A DNA stretch of 64,000 nucleotides from an uncultured Acidobacteriota bacterium. Its GTDB lineage: Bacteria; Acidobacteriota; Blastocatellia; RBC074. Both the position numbers and the translations under genes were made by a program. A model generated the notes under the pieces. It was not told the origin of the DNA, ran no database searches, and saw nothing but the letters and a program-made list of their open reading frames with translations. Below are positions 47,769 to 59,660 of this stretch, in pieces. Position 1 is the first letter of the stretch, and each line of letters starts with the position of its first letter. The DNA lies in the NCBI GenBank assembly GCA_963796275.1, contig CAWCKY010000006.1:2048001-2112000 (forward strand), in the 5' to 3' direction.

Positions 47769-48584
47769 ATGAGTACGAAGGAAGCCAAACGGCGATCGGT
47801 TCAACTGGAGTTTGAAGTCCCCGGGACCCCTGAGCAAGTATGGCAGGCCATCGCTACCGGGCCTGGCATCTCGTCATGGTTGTTTCCGACCGATGTTGAA
47901 GAGCGCGAAGGGGGAGCCGTCGCTTTCCACATAGCCCCGGGATGGGAGTCCTCCGGAAACGTGACTGGCTGGGAACCGCCTCGACGGTTCGCATACGAAG
48001 AGCCGGACTGGGCTCCGAATGCACCTCCGCTCGCCACTGAGTTCATTATCGAGCCCCGAACAGGTGACGTTTGCATTGTGCGCCTGGTCCACAGCCTGTT
48101 CGCGAGCGGCGACGAATGGGACGATCAGCTCGAGGGGTTCGAAACCGGCTGGCGTTCATTTTTCAATATATTAAGGTTATACCTGCTTCATTTCAGCGGC
48201 CAGAGAGTCGCGTCCTTCCGCGTGATGGGCACAGCTCCCGTTCCGGAATCGAATGCCTGGGAGGCTTTGACCGGTGCGCTCGGGCTTGCGCGTGCAAGCG
48301 AGGGGCAGCGGTGGAGCGCTCCCGCCTCAGGGCCGCCACCGCTTGCCGGCATAATTGAGCGGGCGGGAGATAGCCTTCACGTTCACGAATTAAAGCTGCT
48401 GCTCGACAAGCCGGCGCCCGGAATCGCGCTGTTCGGCGTCTATACCTTGGGCGGTAAAGTTCATGCTGCGATCAGCTTCTTCTTGTTTGGCGATCAGGCG
48501 CCAGCCGTCGTCGCACGCGACGAACCGTTGTGGCGCGCGTGGATGCTCGAACAATACCCATCCGATCAGTACCGCGAGCAGTAG
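47769..48584 (+). CDS. SRPBCC domain protein, tandem paralogue
   Basis: EVPGTPEQVWQAIATGPG; VHSLFASGDEWDDQLEG nearly identical to the upstream gene. Confidence 0.9.
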   Translation: MSTKEAKRRSVQLEFEVPGTPEQVWQAIATGPGISSWLFPTDVEEREGGAVAFHIAPGWESSGNVTGWEPPRRFAYEEPDWAPNAPPLATEFIIEPRTGDVCIVRLVHSLFASGDEWDDQLEGFETGWRSFFNILRLYLLHFSGQRVASFRVMGTAPVPESNAWEALTGALGLARASEGQRWSAPASGPPPLAGIIERAGDSLHVHELKLLLDKPAPGIALFGVYTLGGKVHAAISFFLFGDQAPAVVARDEPLWRAWMLEQYPSDQYREQ

Positions 48585-48643
48585 CGAGCGTGTCTCAATC
48601 AACTGGCTCGGGTACAACGCTCGCTACCGCTCGCGGTATTGAT
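48566..48643. repeat. Inverted REP-like pair overlapping the stop codon
   Basis: cagtaccgcgagcagtagcgagcg ... cgctcgctaccgctcgcggtattg. Confidence 0.7.
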
Positions 48644-48750
48644 TCGTCGATTATCAAGAAACTTAGTCTTAGTTAACAGTGTTTTTATGAACGGCTGGAG
48701 GAAGTTTTCCGGCCAGTTATGCTCATCAATCTGCTCATCACCCTGTCTCG

Positions 48751-50037
48751 TTATTTAAGCAGAACAGCTCTGGCTGTGTTCTGGTTGCCATCGTTTTTGG
48801 CTGGTTTCAGTCCGAGCACACCGGCCATAATGTTGTAAACATCCACATTCTCAAATGGCTCAACCACTATCGCTTTTTTGAATGCCGGACCGCGCGCGAT
48901 AAAGATCGCCCGCATCGATTCGAGGCGATTGTCGAAGCCGTGCGCTCCGCCATGGGTTATGTCGCCATTTGCCGAAGGCGCTGGTGGTCGATATCTCTCC
49001 CGATTAACGATCGACCATCCTTCGTCTGGCATCACCACAATATCGCCGATCCGCCTGTTCTCGCTGTAGTGGAAATGAGCCGGCACCTCATTCTTTCGAT
49101 AGACCGTTACGTGCGGTGGCGCTTTGGATTTCAGCGTTGAATAGATCGTTTGCTCCTTGCCCGGCATGGCGAAGATGTTTACCGGCCCGCCGTACCATAC
49201 TATCGTCTCCGCCTGTTTGGGATCGAAGTAATCGTCGAGAAACACTATCTCGCTGGGATCGGTTCGCACCATCCCGTGATCGGAGACGATAATGATGTTG
49301 ACCTGCTCGAAGATTTCGCGCGACATCAAGCCCTCCACCAGCCTGCGGAGCGCATTATCGACCTCGGCCACGGCTTTTCTGACGCCGTCGGAATCGGGCC
49401 CCGACTCGTGACCGGCGTGATCGACATCGCCGAAGTAGGTCAGGATCATCGTCGGGCGTTCTGGACCTGGAATATCTAGCCAGGAGAGAACCCCGTCGAC
49501 CCGCTCGGAGTTCGGAATCTTCCCATCATAAGTCTTCCAATAACTGGGCCGTTTCCCTCCGATCTCCGCCTCGGTTCCCGGGAAGAAGAAGGCGGCTGCT
49601 CGCTGACTCTGTTTTTCAGCCGTCACCCAAATAGGCTCACCCAGCCACCAACGTCCATTCTGCACTTCATCGCGCTTGTCCAGGCTGAAAATTTGTTTGA
49701 ACTCCGGATCATAAATCGTATTGCCGATGATCCCGTGTTTATCCGGGTAAAGACCGGTGGCGATGGTGTAATGGTTTGTGAATGTCACTGAAGGAAAGAC
49801 CGGGGTCATCCATCTGGCACGCACGCCTTGTTTGGCCAGCAATCTCAGCGTCGCGGCTGGATACCTGTCAAGGTAGTCCGGACGGAATCCGTCGATCGAA
49901 ATGAGGATGACTGTCGGCTTTAGTTTTTTATCTGCCTCGCTGCGTTCCTGGGCGGGCGCGAACCGCGTAATTAGCAGCGCCGTTATAGCGATGGCTAAAC
50001 CCATCAGCAAAGTGATCTTTTTTCTCACGCAATTCAT
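48751..50037 (-). CDS. Ectonucleotide pyrophosphatase/phosphodiesterase (alkaline phosphatase superfamily)
   Basis: ISIDGFRPDY; PSVTFTNHYTIATG; DHAGH; SDHGM; GAHGFD. Confidence 0.93.
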   Translation of the reverse strand: MNCVRKKITLLMGLAIAITALLITRFAPAQERSEADKKLKPTVILISIDGFRPDYLDRYPAATLRLLAKQGVRARWMTPVFPSVTFTNHYTIATGLYPDKHGIIGNTIYDPEFKQIFSLDKRDEVQNGRWWLGEPIWVTAEKQSQRAAAFFFPGTEAEIGGKRPSYWKTYDGKIPNSERVDGVLSWLDIPGPERPTMILTYFGDVDHAGHESGPDSDGVRKAVAEVDNALRRLVEGLMSREIFEQVNIIIVSDHGMVRTDPSEIVFLDDYFDPKQAETIVWYGGPVNIFAMPGKEQTIYSTLKSKAPPHVTVYRKNEVPAHFHYSENRRIGDIVVMPDEGWSIVNRERYRPPAPSANGDITHGGAHGFDNRLESMRAIFIARGPAFKKAIVVEPFENVDVYNIMAGVLGLKPAKNDGNQNTARAVLLK

Positions 50038-50289
50038 CCTTTGTTGGTTATTAAGGAACACTTTATACATTGATCCATTCAGCCTGACGATGAATATCTC
50101 CGAGATGGAACGGTCATAATTCCATGAAAATCATGAAAAAAGGAAAGGTTTTCTGAGAAAGATGGGGCGGCTGGGCAGTTGAGCGAAGTGAGCGGACCAT
50201 CTCTTGCATAAATCAGATGCCGGGATCAAAATACCCCGCCGCATCAAAGTGTCCATATCAACTTCTTCACCAATCAGAAAGGATCGGAT

Positions 50290-51585
<1,296 letters not shown>

Positions 51586-51853
51586 TTGAAATACGCTCGA
51601 CTTACGGAACTTCCACCGGGTCCTGTATCGGCAAGAGAAGAGCGCCCGATGGGACTGAAAATTAATGCCACGATAAAATCAAAAACTGATATTAGTCTGA
51701 TGACGGAATCACTCGCGTCCACTTCACTTCATCCGCCAATCTACTAAATCACCCCGCCTACGAGATTTCAGATATTATTTCCAAAATTTTGAACGTGGCT
51801 TGAGGCTAACGAGATTGCTATCTTCTAACTCCTTACTTCTCAATACGTCCAAA

Positions 51854-51870
51854 CCGGCACATCAATTGCC
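51854..51870 (+). promoter_or_regulatory. sigma54 (-24/-12) promoter
   Basis: CCGGCACATCAATTGCC = GG-N10-GC with GGCAC and TTGC, about 90 bp upstream of the TBDR. Confidence 0.6.
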
Positions 51871-51961
51871 CGGTTCCTGACAACCATCGTTTTACGAGGA
51901 GACGAATGTTTCCTCGACCGACATTAACAACACAAATTACCAACAATAACGGAGACCGGGG

Positions 51962-54931
51962 ATGCTGAAAAAAAATCTGGTTTACCGGCTAATTCTCAGG
52001 CCGATGATGTTGTGCATCTATTTGGGGATCGTCGCAGCGCCACACTTCGCACAGGAGGGCACGTCAACGCTGCGGGGAACGGTTGTGGATCAGAACGGCG
52101 CCGTGACGCCTGGCGCTACTGTCTCGGTTGCGAATCAAGCGACCGGGCTCAACCGGCGGTCCGTGACGACCAGCGGTAACGGTGATTACGTCTTCACCTC
52201 ACTCATTCCCGGCTCCTACCGGATTACGGTCGAAGCGCCGGGCTTCAAGAAGGTTGTGCAGGAAGATATTAAGCTTGCGGTGGGCGAAACGATCGAGTTG
52301 AGAATCGCACTGCCGGCGGGCGAGCTGAGTGAGACGGTCAATATCACGACGGACTCGCCGATCATCTCGACCACCTCGAAGGAGATCGGCGGTCACATCG
52401 ATCAGCGCACGATGGTCGAATTGCCCTCGGTCAACCGCAACTTCATCGGTTTTGTCGGGCTGCTGCCGGGCGTGGTGCCCAACATCAGCACCGAATCGTT
52501 CGGCTCGGATTCGGTAAGCGTCAACGGACAGGACCCGCGCAACAACAACTTCCTGCTCGACGGATCCAACAACAACGACGACGTGATCGGCCAGCGGGCG
52601 GGCGGTCAGACGCGGACCGCGCTCGAAACCGTGCAGGAGTTTCAGGTCCTGACCAATCAGTTCGACGCGCAATACGGCCGCACATCCGGCGCCATCATCA
52701 ACGCCATCACGAAGTCGGGAACGAATCAGTTCCACGGCAGCGCCATCGGCTTCTTCCAGGATGATCTGTTCAACGCCACCAACCCCTTCACCATCTTGAA
52801 TAATAATGCGGAAGCCGATACGAGCTTTAAGCAATATGGCGGGACCATCGGCGGCCCGATCAAACGGGATTTCGCGCACTTCTTCTTCGGCATCGAGCGC
52901 ACGACTATCGCCGAGGGAGTGGCCATCACCATCCCGGTGCGCCCGGAATTCAACACCACGACTACCGAAGACACCAAAGCGCTGAATACCTCGCTTCGCT
53001 TCGACATGCAACCCGCGCAGAACCATCAGATCGCCGCGCGCTGGCTGCGCGAGCATTCGCCCCAATTCAATCAGATCATCGGGGCCGTGACGCTCGATGC
53101 CAGGCGCGAAGAGGAAGATGTGGATCAGACTTTGGTCGGAAGTTGGACGGCCGTCATTAATCCGACCCTGCTCAATGACATGCGCGTCAACTTCACGCGG
53201 GAGGACGTGATCTTCGCCAATCCCGGGTTCAACTCCGGTATGTCGATGGCCGAGTTGCCGCCGACGCTCGACTTCGCCTCGTACACGGCGCAGCAGAGCG
53301 AAGTCGCGCAATCCCGCATCAACAACTCCTACCGGTTGGCCGACACCGTCAACTGGACGCGCGGCAACCATTCGTACAAATTCGGTTTCGAATACAACTA
53401 CGTCACCGCCGACAACCGCTCTGAAGACTCGCTGAACGGCGTGTTCTCTTTCAGGGGCGACCTTCCTTTCGTTTCGACCGACCCATTTACATACCCCGAA
53501 CGCCTTCAGATTCGAGTGCCGGGGCCGCAGAAATTCGTGGTCATTGCGCACAACCCGAGCGTTTTCGCGCAGGACGACTGGAAAGTTAATAAAAGGCTGA
53601 CGCTCAATCTGGGTTTGCGGTACGACGACGAGAGCATCTCGCAGGACAACGACAATTTCTCGCCGCGCGTTGGCTTCGCTTACGACATCGGCGGAGCGGG
53701 CAAGACGGTGGTTCGCGGGGGGTTCGGTTACTTCTACCAAAACACGCCGTTCGAGCTGATCACGGCTTTCCGCACGGCGCGTCCGTTCTCCGATTCGTTC
53801 GTCCGCGCGTTCCCGCTCATCACAGTCGATCCGGGGCCAAGCAACGGCAGATTCCCTACCGATCCGACGCTGGTAAACGGGCCCGTGGTCGATCGCGCGT
53901 TGATTCAGTCATTGGTTGGTGGATCTGGTACGCTGGCTCCCAATCCGAATCCGATCGTCGACCAGCATGACCGCCGGATGCCTTACACTCGTTCGCTGAC
54001 CATCGGGTTCCAGCGCGAGCTGTTGCCGAACCTGGCGCTGACCGTCGATTACCTGCATCAGGACGGCATTGATCAGTTGATTTCGGCGTCTCTCAATGCC
54101 GGCAGGAGGGCCAACCCTGATCTGGACACCGAGATCAACCCAATCACGCGCCGCTACAACACGCTAGGCGAAGTCATCGACAATGCCTTCGTACCGGTCG
54201 ATACCCAATTCTTCAGGGATCAACCCTTCTCGACCTCCGTGGTGAACAATGTCACCACACAGCTCAACCTGGGGCGCACCAAATACGACGCGATGCAGGT
54301 CTCGCTCGAGCGACGCTTCAGCCGCGGCTTGCAATTCAGAGCCTCTTACACGTTAGCCAATGGGCGCGGCAATACCAGCGGCAATGGAGTTGCCGCGGCC
54401 AACTTCCAACAGCTCGATGATCTGAACATGGCTTTGAACGCAGGGCCGACTGATTTCGACCGGCGTCACAATTTCGTATTCAGCGGCTTCTATGAAATTC
54501 CGCGCACGCGCGGGCTGATCGTGAGCACGGTGCTTCGTGGGTTGTCCGGCAGTGCGTTCACGATCTTCGATTCGCGCTTCGACGCCGACCAGAACGCCAT
54601 CAACGCCGACCCGCTGCCGGCCGGCAATTATACGGGAAGCTTCACCTTCGATAACGGCGAGACCATGACGTTCGATTTCGCGAATAAAGGCGGGCGCAAT
54701 GGGGCGCGCAGCCCCGGGTTCTTCCTGGCGGACTTGCGGCTCGCCTACAAATACAAGCTCACCGAGCGCATCAACACCGGCTTCACGTTCGAGATATTCA
54801 ATATCACCAACCGGACAAACTTTGCCGGTCCGAGCGGCGATCTCAACAACGCAAGCTTTCTCGTGCCGACCAGCATAAGTGCGAGCTCTATGCCGCGAAC
54901 GCTGCAACTCGGGTTCCGCGTGAGCTTTTGA
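51962..54931 (+). CDS. TonB-dependent receptor (Oar-like)
   Basis: LPSVNRNF; KSGTNQFHG; FAQDDWK..NLGLRYD; C-terminal QLGFRVSF. Confidence 0.95.
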   Translation: MLKKNLVYRLILRPMMLCIYLGIVAAPHFAQEGTSTLRGTVVDQNGAVTPGATVSVANQATGLNRRSVTTSGNGDYVFTSLIPGSYRITVEAPGFKKVVQEDIKLAVGETIELRIALPAGELSETVNITTDSPIISTTSKEIGGHIDQRTMVELPSVNRNFIGFVGLLPGVVPNISTESFGSDSVSVNGQDPRNNNFLLDGSNNNDDVIGQRAGGQTRTALETVQEFQVLTNQFDAQYGRTSGAIINAITKSGTNQFHGSAIGFFQDDLFNATNPFTILNNNAEADTSFKQYGGTIGGPIKRDFAHFFFGIERTTIAEGVAITIPVRPEFNTTTTEDTKALNTSLRFDMQPAQNHQIAARWLREHSPQFNQIIGAVTLDARREEEDVDQTLVGSWTAVINPTLLNDMRVNFTREDVIFANPGFNSGMSMAELPPTLDFASYTAQQSEVAQSRINNSYRLADTVNWTRGNHSYKFGFEYNYVTADNRSEDSLNGVFSFRGDLPFVSTDPFTYPERLQIRVPGPQKFVVIAHNPSVFAQDDWKVNKRLTLNLGLRYDDESISQDNDNFSPRVGFAYDIGGAGKTVVRGGFGYFYQNTPFELITAFRTARPFSDSFVRAFPLITVDPGPSNGRFPTDPTLVNGPVVDRALIQSLVGGSGTLAPNPNPIVDQHDRRMPYTRSLTIGFQRELLPNLALTVDYLHQDGIDQLISASLNAGRRANPDLDTEINPITRRYNTLGEVIDNAFVPVDTQFFRDQPFSTSVVNNVTTQLNLGRTKYDAMQVSLERRFSRGLQFRASYTLANGRGNTSGNGVAAANFQQLDDLNMALNAGPTDFDRRHNFVFSGFYEIPRTRGLIVSTVLRGLSGSAFTIFDSRFDADQNAINADPLPAGNYTGSFTFDNGETMTFDFANKGGRNGARSPGFFLADLRLAYKYKLTERINTGFTFEIFNITNRTNFAGPSGDLNNASFLVPTSISASSMPRTLQLGFRVSF

Positions 54932-54952
54932 GAAAAAAGCATCAGGCTTCGA

Positions 54953-54987
54953 GCGTCGCGTCTATTTCAAGGGAAAAGACGCGACGC
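54953..54987. terminator. Hairpin between convergent genes
   Basis: gcgtcgcgtct ... agacgcgacgc, 11-bp stem. Confidence 0.5.
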
Positions 54988-55005
54988 CTATCTACGTCCC
55001 GCAGC

Positions 55006-56076
55006 CTAGGTTTTCTTAGCGGGCGGTTGGCGGAATGCGCGCTCCACCATGTCGTTCGGGTCCGTAGACACCGGGCCATCGCGCCACAACCAGCGCATCA
55101 TCTCCGGCATGATCGCCCCGCCGAACTTCTGTCCGTGCAGATTCATGCCCCACGAATAGTTCACGTCATAACCCTTCTGCGAGAGAGCTTTCATCAGCCG
55201 CACGTTCTGGTGGAACCAATCACGTTTCTCGTCGTAAACGCCATTGCGGATGCCACGATTGTCATTGCGCCCGTCGCACAAAAAGATTCGGATCGGTTTC
55301 TTCTCGCTCGCTAGTACCTTTTCGGGATAGACGTGTCCGCCTCGAAGATTTACGAAACTGCCCACATTGCTCAACACCTTTCGGAAATGGTTGGGTCGCT
55401 CCCATGCGACCGTGAATGCGGCGATCGCGCCTGAACTCGAGCCGCCGATTCCGTGCATCTCAGGGTCCTTCGAAATGTTGTATTCCTTGTACAGCACCGG
55501 CATGAGTTCTTCGGTGATGACCCGCGCGTACTTATCATCGAGCGAGTTGTATTCGGTGGGACGGTTAGTCGTGCGATCCCCCCAGTTCTGCAGATTGGGT
55601 TCGGGTTGCTCGGGGGTGCGCCCCGGATTGATGAACACTCCGATCATCACCGGAATCTCGCGCCGATAGATCAAATTATCCATCACGTGCTGCGCCCGCA
55701 TATCCCCGTTCTCGTCTTTGAAGGCCTGACCATCCTGATAAATCATCAGGGCAGCCGGTACCGCCGGATCGTATTGCGCCGGCACGTAGACCCAATACGT
55801 GTGCTGAGTCCCGGAGTAGACCTCGCTGGGAATCGTGTACGGTCCGCGTATCTCGCCTTTCGGGACGCCCTCCTGCGGCAACGAGTCGGGTCCCAGCCGG
55901 TATTGCGAATTCGGATTCGCACCCGGCGGCATCGGTTGCTGGCCACCGCCTCTTGTCCCTTGCTGTCCCGGGCTCTGTTGTCCGGGAGTTGTTTGCGGCG
56001 CGGGGACCTGCGCGAAAACCATAGCCGCTGCTACCGCAATCACTAAACTTATGGCGTAAATTGACGTTTTTCTCAT
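55006..56076 (-). CDS. Secreted alpha/beta-hydrolase esterase (enterochelin-esterase-like)
   Basis: YWVYVPAQY; YQDG; GSSSG nucleophile elbow; signal peptide with a Q/P-rich linker. Confidence 0.88.
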   Translation of the reverse strand: MRKTSIYAISLVIAVAAAMVFAQVPAPQTTPGQQSPGQQGTRGGGQQPMPPGANPNSQYRLGPDSLPQEGVPKGEIRGPYTIPSEVYSGTQHTYWVYVPAQYDPAVPAALMIYQDGQAFKDENGDMRAQHVMDNLIYRREIPVMIGVFINPGRTPEQPEPNLQNWGDRTTNRPTEYNSLDDKYARVITEELMPVLYKEYNISKDPEMHGIGGSSSGAIAAFTVAWERPNHFRKVLSNVGSFVNLRGGHVYPEKVLASEKKPIRIFLCDGRNDNRGIRNGVYDEKRDWFHQNVRLMKALSQKGYDVNYSWGMNLHGQKFGGAIMPEMMRWLWRDGPVSTDPNDMVERAFRQPPAKKT

Positions 56077-56187
56077 ATGAAAACCTCATTCTGGAGATAT
56101 GCCTTGGCGGCTGACTGAGTAATGCGTACGTCCGGCGAATTCAGCCCGACGGAATGTTTGCATGAACTCGAAAAACTTTGGTCGAAA

Positions 56188-56214
56188 TGTCGAAATTGCT
56201 CCTCGATGCGCGTC
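56188..56214 (+). promoter_or_regulatory. ECF42-like promoter
   Basis: TGTCGA-17 nt-CGTC upstream of a YciI/DGPF fragment. Confidence 0.5.
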
Positions 56215-56403
56215 ATAATTGTGAGGCCATCCTGATGTCAGGACATTTAAAATCAGGTCTCGTAAAGCAGGTGAGACGGAAACAAAAAGGCAAAAGGCGG
56301 CACAAAGAGAGCAAAATTTAGGAATTTTACCTATTTGCCAATTTATCTTTTTCTTTTTCTATTTGCCTTTTTTGTCTCCCAGAATGAAAAGACACAAAAC
56401 ATT

Positions 56404-56515
56404 ATGAAATACGCATTGCTGGTTTACCAGTCACAGGAAGCCATCGACAACCGGGATAATGCCGCCTCGGTGGCAGCTGGGAAAGCCTACGGTGAGGCGC
56501 TTCAAGCAGCGGGGG
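56404..56515 (+). pseudogene. Truncated YciI/DGPF-family gene
   Basis: MKYALLVY...AYGEALQAAG, after which similarity stops at the 3' end of the convergent gene. Confidence 0.65.
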
Positions 56516-56560
56516 ACTCTGCTTCTTGGCTTCTTGCCATATTTCCTGGATGCCTTCATC

Positions 56561-57607
56561 TCACGTTTCCCTATGAGACTTGACCTTCAGCAACCCGAGC
56601 CGAACCAGGCTTTCAGCGGAGGCGACGATTGCCTCCTCGTTCGAACGAGGCGACCAGCCCAGCACGCGCCTGGCCTTTTCGTTGGTCGCATTCTTCATCT
56701 TGCCGAGTTCGGGCAGGATCTGCCGAACTGCCGGATCACGCAATGCGGCGAGGCGAACCAGCCAGTCGGGCAGTTGTAAGGTAGGCACTTTTTTGGCCAA
56801 TGCGCCCATGCGGCGATGCAGCACCCCGGCGATGTCGCGAATCAACATGAAGTCGCCGGCGACAGCGAGGAAACGTTCGCCCTTCGCGGCCGGGTGAGTC
56901 ATGGCTCTGATATGAAGGTCGGCAACGTCTCGCACATCTACGACGCCGAAATAGAGCCGCGGGCAGCCGGGCATGGCGCCATCCATCAGCCGCTGCACGA
57001 TGAGTATAGATGTCGAATAATCGGGATCCAGAACCGGGCCAAAAACTCCCACCGGATTGACGACGGAAAGCTCGAGGCCGCCGCCTTCGTTGGTTATAAA
57101 GTCCCAGGCGGCTCGTTCAGCCAAAGTTTTGGATTTCACGTAAGGAAGCACGTCATCGCCGTTGGGGTCTGTCCAACTCGTCTCGTCGAATGGCATTTTC
57201 TGCGGCTTCTTGCCATAGCCGATCGCTGCGAAAGAGGAGGTCAGCACCACTCGCTTGATGCCGGCTTCACGCGACGCGCGCAGCACGCGGAGCGTCCCTT
57301 CGCGGGCGGGCACGATCAGCTCGTCCTCGTGTCTGGGGATATTCGGGGGAAATGGCGATGCCACGTGAAGCACGTAGTCGCAACCGGCGACAGCTTCCGA
57401 CCAGCCTGCGTCGTTTTCAAGATCGGCAGCGATAAAGGACAAGCGGTCGCCCGCCTCGGCGCCGCCCTCCTTCAGCATTGCGCGCACGTCGCGCTCGCGC
57501 TTCAAGCTCCGAACCGTAGTGCGCACCCGATGGCCTGCAGCCAGGAGCTGCAGAATTGAATGGCTGCCGATGAAACCGGAGCCGCCAGTTACCAGAATTG
57601 TGCTCAT
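56561..57607 (-). CDS. NAD-dependent epimerase/aldehyde reductase (extended SDR)
   Basis: VTGGSGFIG; HVASP; TSS; YVKSK; GGAGG RBS. Confidence 0.93.
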   Translation of the reverse strand: MSTILVTGGSGFIGSHSILQLLAAGHRVRTTVRSLKRERDVRAMLKEGGAEAGDRLSFIAADLENDAGWSEAVAGCDYVLHVASPFPPNIPRHEDELIVPAREGTLRVLRASREAGIKRVVLTSSFAAIGYGKKPQKMPFDETSWTDPNGDDVLPYVKSKTLAERAAWDFITNEGGGLELSVVNPVGVFGPVLDPDYSTSILIVQRLMDGAMPGCPRLYFGVVDVRDVADLHIRAMTHPAAKGERFLAVAGDFMLIRDIAGVLHRRMGALAKKVPTLQLPDWLVRLAALRDPAVRQILPELGKMKNATNEKARRVLGWSPRSNEEAIVASAESLVRLGLLKVKSHRET

Positions 57608-57736
57608 CGCCTCCTCCTCATTATTCAGTCGTATTTTGAGGAAATGCTACCAGTAAATCTAAATTCAAAGAAACGGAAATCTGCTTGTTTGCGGAGTTGA
57701 ACAATTACTAAGCAGACGTCATGGGCATCCGATGCT

Positions 57737-58018
57737 GTGTGGAAGTTGATCTATTATCGCGACCCGGAACGCTTATGGAAGATAACTAAGGCGTTAGTGA
57801 TAGCTGCACCAGACGAACGGACCCTCGCCTATATTGGGGTTGGTGCGCTTGAAGACCTGTTATCGAGGCACGGAGAGCAGTTCATTGAGCTGATCGAGCA
57901 GCAAGCAGCCGTTGATGCGAAGTTCAGGTTTTGCCTGGCAGGGGTCTGGCGATCGAGAATGAGCGAGGAATTATGGCAACGTGTGACTGCAGCTCTCGGT
58001 AGTCAAGAGAGATATTAA
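57737..58018 (+). CDS. DUF6869-like small protein, possibly 5'-truncated
   Basis: GVGALEDLLSRHGEQFIE..FRFCLAGVW; no clear RBS. Confidence 0.6.
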   Translation: MWKLIYYRDPERLWKITKALVIAAPDERTLAYIGVGALEDLLSRHGEQFIELIEQQAAVDAKFRFCLAGVWRSRMSEELWQRVTAALGSQERY

Positions 58019-58040
58019 TTCGACAATGTCACATTATCAC

Positions 58041-58922
58041 TCATTTACTTCCCTGCCGATCCCGGCGCTCAAGTAGGATAAGACCAGCCGCAATAATAAA
58101 TCCGGCTCCGACTATCGTAGCTGCCCCCGGAATTTCATCGAAGACAAGGTAGCCGATGAGCGTGGTGCCGATCAGTTCTATATAAACGAGCGGGGCAAGC
58201 GTCGATGCATCCGCAAGACGGAAAGCGGCGATCGAAAGAATATGACCGATGGAGGAGAACAAGCCCAACCCGACGAAAAAGAACAGATCATCCCATGACG
58301 GTGCGGACCAATATGCAAAGGCTTGTGGCGTCAGTAGCGCCATGCCGACGACGCACTGAAATGCCAGAGTTTTTACGGGATCGCTTTCCCGCGCGGCTTC
58401 CCGGGTGGCGATTAAATAAAACGCAAAAGAAACGCCTGCCCCTAGCGCCAGCAGAACTCCCATATTCATCGAACCGCCGGGTCGGAGAATGACAATGGAA
58501 CCGACAAACCCCAAGACGAGACTGAGAGCTTTCCGAAATGTCATGCGCTCCTTGAGCAGGGTAACCGAGAGCACAATTGCTATGATTGGTCCGACAAAAG
58601 AGGTGCTGGCCGCTGTAGCAAGCGGTATGCGTACGATGGAGAGGAAGTAGAGCGTCATCGCCGTAACCAAGAACACGGTTCGGAGGACATGCATGGTCCG
58701 CCGTTCCGCCGGAAATAAGCGAGGTCCGTGAATGGCTGCCGCGAATGGTAGAACGATAATGCAAGCGACCGCATATCTCGCCCAGCTAATAAAAAGCGGA
58801 GAATAACTGACGCTTAGATACTTAGCCAATCCGTCCACGAGTGGGATGGCAAGCATTGCGACGGTCATTAGCAAGACACCCTGCGTCTGGCGCGAAGAGT
58901 TAATCGAATTCGTTGGTGCCAT
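58041..58922 (-). CDS. DMT/EamA family transporter
   Basis: About 10 TM segments; LLKERM; IVILRPG; ASTLAPLVY..FDEIP. Confidence 0.9.
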   Translation of the reverse strand: MAPTNSINSSRQTQGVLLMTVAMLAIPLVDGLAKYLSVSYSPLFISWARYAVACIIVLPFAAAIHGPRLFPAERRTMHVLRTVFLVTAMTLYFLSIVRIPLATAASTSFVGPIIAIVLSVTLLKERMTFRKALSLVLGFVGSIVILRPGGSMNMGVLLALGAGVSFAFYLIATREAARESDPVKTLAFQCVVGMALLTPQAFAYWSAPSWDDLFFFVGLGLFSSIGHILSIAAFRLADASTLAPLVYIELIGTTLIGYLVFDEIPGAATIVGAGFIIAAGLILLERRDRQGSK

Positions 58923-59237
58923 TATCAGAGTTCCATCAGTCTGCCGCAGGCTTCAGCGATAGCTGGTTTACGTCGGCGGGCTTGCCTCAGTTTCAGCAAT
59001 GCTCGGGGAATTATGAAAGACGAAAACAAGTAGGGTTTCATTTCATTGGGGGTAAATCATCGAAGGTGATCCGATTTTGGATTATGTAGATGCGCATCGC
59101 ATATCCGGCTTGTCGCCCAAAAAAGCGGACGGCTGTTTGTATTACAGAATTGGCGCTTGCACAAGACTACCTGAGTCGAATTAGGTGGCCGCATCAAGGA
59201 TTACAAAAGTCAGCGTTATCAGAAAATTTTCGACACT

Positions 59238-59481
59238 TATTGAGCTTCAGGCATTCAGTTTTACAAAGATTGCCTGCTTCGCTTCCGCCGCGTCGCGACG
59301 CTAGGGATGTAGCCACGTTTCAACGCCTTGTCATTGCCCAAACTTTCGCACGAAATGAACCCTCTTCGTCGCTACGCGACGATGGATGCCGGTGCCGGCG
59401 TTGAAACGCCGGATTAGACTCATCCCTGCCGCTACGCGGCAATTCGGCATGGGCGTTAAACGACCAATCTGAATGTCAATA
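59238..59481. mobile_element. MITE-like element with REP-like internal palindromes
   Basis: Right end matches the 261-288 sequence; degenerate left end tattgagcttcag; internal cgtttcaacgcc/ggcgttgaaacg and tcgctacgcga hairpins. Confidence 0.55.
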
Positions 59482-59660
59482 ACTGAAATGGAACTAGTCG
59501 CAGACTTGCCATCTTTTATATAGTGAGCAGAATATCAAGAGTATCGAATAGTTGTTCCATGAAGCGCGCGGGGCAATGCGCGCTTTGTTTGCAGAAATTA
59601 TTTTTAAATCAGCGGGAATAGTTGGCAACGCGCTCCCGCGGATTCCAGAGGAGGGTGCCC

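Noticed and set aside
52199-53740. 513-aa antisense ORF, and many similar shorter ones
   Set aside because: Shadow of a GC3-rich TBDR gene; no motifs
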